Source: Stylophora pistillata (Eukaryota). From it: 64,000 bases of DNA. Positions 61,331 through 64,000 of the stretch are shown in pieces. The first letter of the stretch is position 1, and every line of letters starts with the position of its first letter. Both the position numbers and the translations under genes were made by a program. The notes under the pieces were generated by a model, which was not told the DNA's origin, made no database searches, and worked only from the letters and a program-made list of their open reading frames with translations. The DNA lies in contig NW_019218415.1 of assembly GCF_002571385.2 (NCBI RefSeq), positions 1 through 64,000 of the forward strand, given 5' to 3'.

Positions 61331-64000
61331 ACAGTCCCTAATATGACAGCTGAAAGTCCAAAACCACTGAACTTTAAAATCAACCGCAGCAAGTGTACGT
61401 CAGAACAAGACAAAGCACATTAATTTGCACGATTTTACACGTTTCTTCAGCTGTTTACCAAATAAAATGTAATTTCAAGTGTGTTGTTTTATCTCAAGGA
61501 TTTTTTGCATGCTGCGTTCGAGTTAAACAAATATCCACGAATATGGTAGATTTTACATCATCAGGGCTTCAATAATTTGATGTTCATCCACCTAAATCTA
61601 TTCATGAATGCGAAATGTACTTTCTGAATTTTTAGTCGTGGTCCTTATTTTCGAGAAAAGTCTATTTGCACCTCAGAATTGATCACGACAACATTTAATT
61701 TTTAAATTTTTCATGAGTTCTGTTTAGTGAAATGTTCTTCCTAAGTTCGGCCATCTTTCCAGTGTCTTCAACAGACGAGGAAAGTCGTAGCAGTAACTTG
61801 TTTGTTAATTCAAACTGACGATTATACCTTACGGCAAATGTATTTAAGACAGTACAGAGACAAGACATTTTCTAGATACTGTCTGTTAAAACTTCTAATA
61901 CAAATATATCGTGAAAGCATAAGATGCAACATTGAGTTAAGCTTTGTTCAAATTTTGTCACAGTAATAGCTAAACGCTCGTCATAGTAAACTTATTCAGA
62001 GAAAAAGGAAAAAAAATTGAACCTAAAGTTTAGGGTCCCTAGATAAACAAAGTACCTTATATTGGACACTAAAGCTCGCTTATGCACGTCTTTGATATTG
62101 TTTGTGTGTGGCTGATAAATTTAAGCACAATATTTTTCCAAGGAAAGCTCATGTTGGAAGGTCAGCTTTAAAATTGATCGCGTGAGTTTTCTTTCTGCGA
62201 GGTAATCTATATTGAAGTTTTCTCTTAGAATCTGTCAACACCTTCTCCGCAGCAGACAAAATAGCTCTTGTGTTTTCCCTTGTAAAGCACCAGAAACCAA
62301 TCAACGAGTGGGCTGGTTGCCAAATCTTATTCCTTTTTTGTTAGCAATTATTGAAATCGCCTCATGTAAATGTACAAAATGAAAATTTATTTATTTATTT
62401 ATTTATTTATTTATTTTTGTGTAAATGTACATTAAGTCAATAACTTCAAAGCATCTGAGGTTAGCTTGAAAGATAAATCTGCATAACAAATTGAAATTCT
62501 ATGTATAGCATGTTTCATGTTGACTTTTGGAACAAAGTCCAGCTAATTCCTGTAATTTTTCTTAAGAAATCGACACAAGATGATTCCTATACTATCATTA
62601 ATAATTGTTGTGTTGTAAAACTCTGCTTTAAAACAATGGCCAAACATATTAGAACCTTTACTATCTTTTCTTGTTTATTCGCACCATTTTGGAGCCAGTT
62701 GAATAATTCGTTTTCCAAGTTACTTTCTCTCTCTCTCTCTCTCTCTTACTTTTTTTTTTGTTTTGCCGGTTTTGTTTTTTTTTGTTTTTAACAAAACAGA
62801 GCAGAAAATAAGATAAGGTGGCAACCACACTGGAAGTTTAGCCATGCACGCAACCGAACATATTGAGCTAAACACAGGCCAACCAGGTGGTTTCTTAACT
62901 CAATTCAATTTACAAAGGTCTCCTGCAAGATCACCAGCGATACAGAAGACAATCCTCTTTATAATAAAATGTCCATATCTAGGTCAAAATAACAAAAAAC
63001 TCATTTCATACCCTTATGCCACAGAATCACAGAATCAAAGAGAATTACCTCAAAATTTCCATCCCAACGAAGTTACTGCGCCTTTCAATAACACGCGAAC
63101 TGAGACATATGCCACAATCTATCATTGACGGCAGACGAACATCTTACGGCAGTAATGTATAAAATGGTACGGAATCTTCCAATCACAGCTCAGGAAATCG
63201 TAATGACATTTGGACCCCGACGTAGCGCTTATTTTCCAAATGGTCCATACCATGCCTTATTTAGAGATGTCGTGGAGGAATCAACACGAGTTTGTTATTC
63301 TGTGACACCAAGTGTGTTACACTAAAGGTATTTTCGTCCATTTCGAAGCAAGAGTTGCGAGAAACTCATATATTTAAGAAGCAAAGAAAACGCAGGTCTC
63401 AACCTTTTAAAATGTTAATAACTTACTGACAGCAATTCATCATATCTGATACGCAGATCAGGGGTGGTAGAACTTCCTGTCACTGAGCTATTGTTGATAG
63501 GCACAAATATAACAATAGAAAGAAAAACAGTTAAAACAAAATAAGGACCAATTGACACCCACGCCCCAGCTATAAATTTCATCTAAAACGGAAAAACATT
63601 GAAGAATATTCCTAACATGAATCGAAGTAATATATGTAGATCACTATTCCACTTGGCCAAGCCAAATAACGTTTCTGTTTAAAAGCATTCGGTTCGGTTG
63701 GCTCAAGAGAGGTAAGACTCTTTAGAAGCATAATTTTCAGCTTTTTTTTTTTTTGCTGAAGAACAACGAAATTCTCTATGTGATCAGTCGTCAGTACATC
63801 CTGCAACTTGTCCGCGCAGATTCAAGATAAAAGTATAATCTTGCAATATTCCCTGAGATGCAGCTATTCCAGATGTTCGACCAACAGAGCGTAGAACAAA
63901 ATGATTTCTGGGAACTTTCCAACGCTTCTTTTGCTTCCTTGCTGAGCTGAGAACTCTTTCACATCCTCTTGAGTTTAGTAATCTATAACGCGAACATCAA

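Overview
AT-rich, intron-rich animal genomic DNA. The repeat landscape and gene content suggest a cnidarian, probably a stony coral (inference). I assembled the genes by hand from GT-AG junctions with consistent phases. In order: (1) the last two exons of an unidentified PY-motif protein (+); (2) POLR2K/RPB12, 3 coding exons (+); (3) a 20-exon, ~27.6 kb minus-strand gene that joins an ERICH3/DUF4590 N-terminus to acidic low-complexity exons and a C-terminal RNI/NLRC3-like LRR domain in one 1283-aa frame; (4) RPLP0 (-), with a 5'-TOP first exon, arranged head-to-head with (5) a pseudouridine-5'-phosphate glycosidase (PsuG-family) gene (+) whose 3' exons are not in the window; (6) two paralogous class-A GPCRs (-) with single coding exons, apparently inside the PsuG intron. 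The introns carry an intact 959-aa Sola2-like DDD transposon with very short ends in a palindromic target, a decayed TIR element with a Ulp1/C48-protease fragment and ten 15-bp subterminal motifs, Penelope remnants with hammerhead-like motifs, tRNA-derived SINEs and many MITEs. Most short ORFs in the supplied track are spurious or exon fragments. The best novelty candidates are the ERICH3-LRR architecture and the two unusual DNA transposons.
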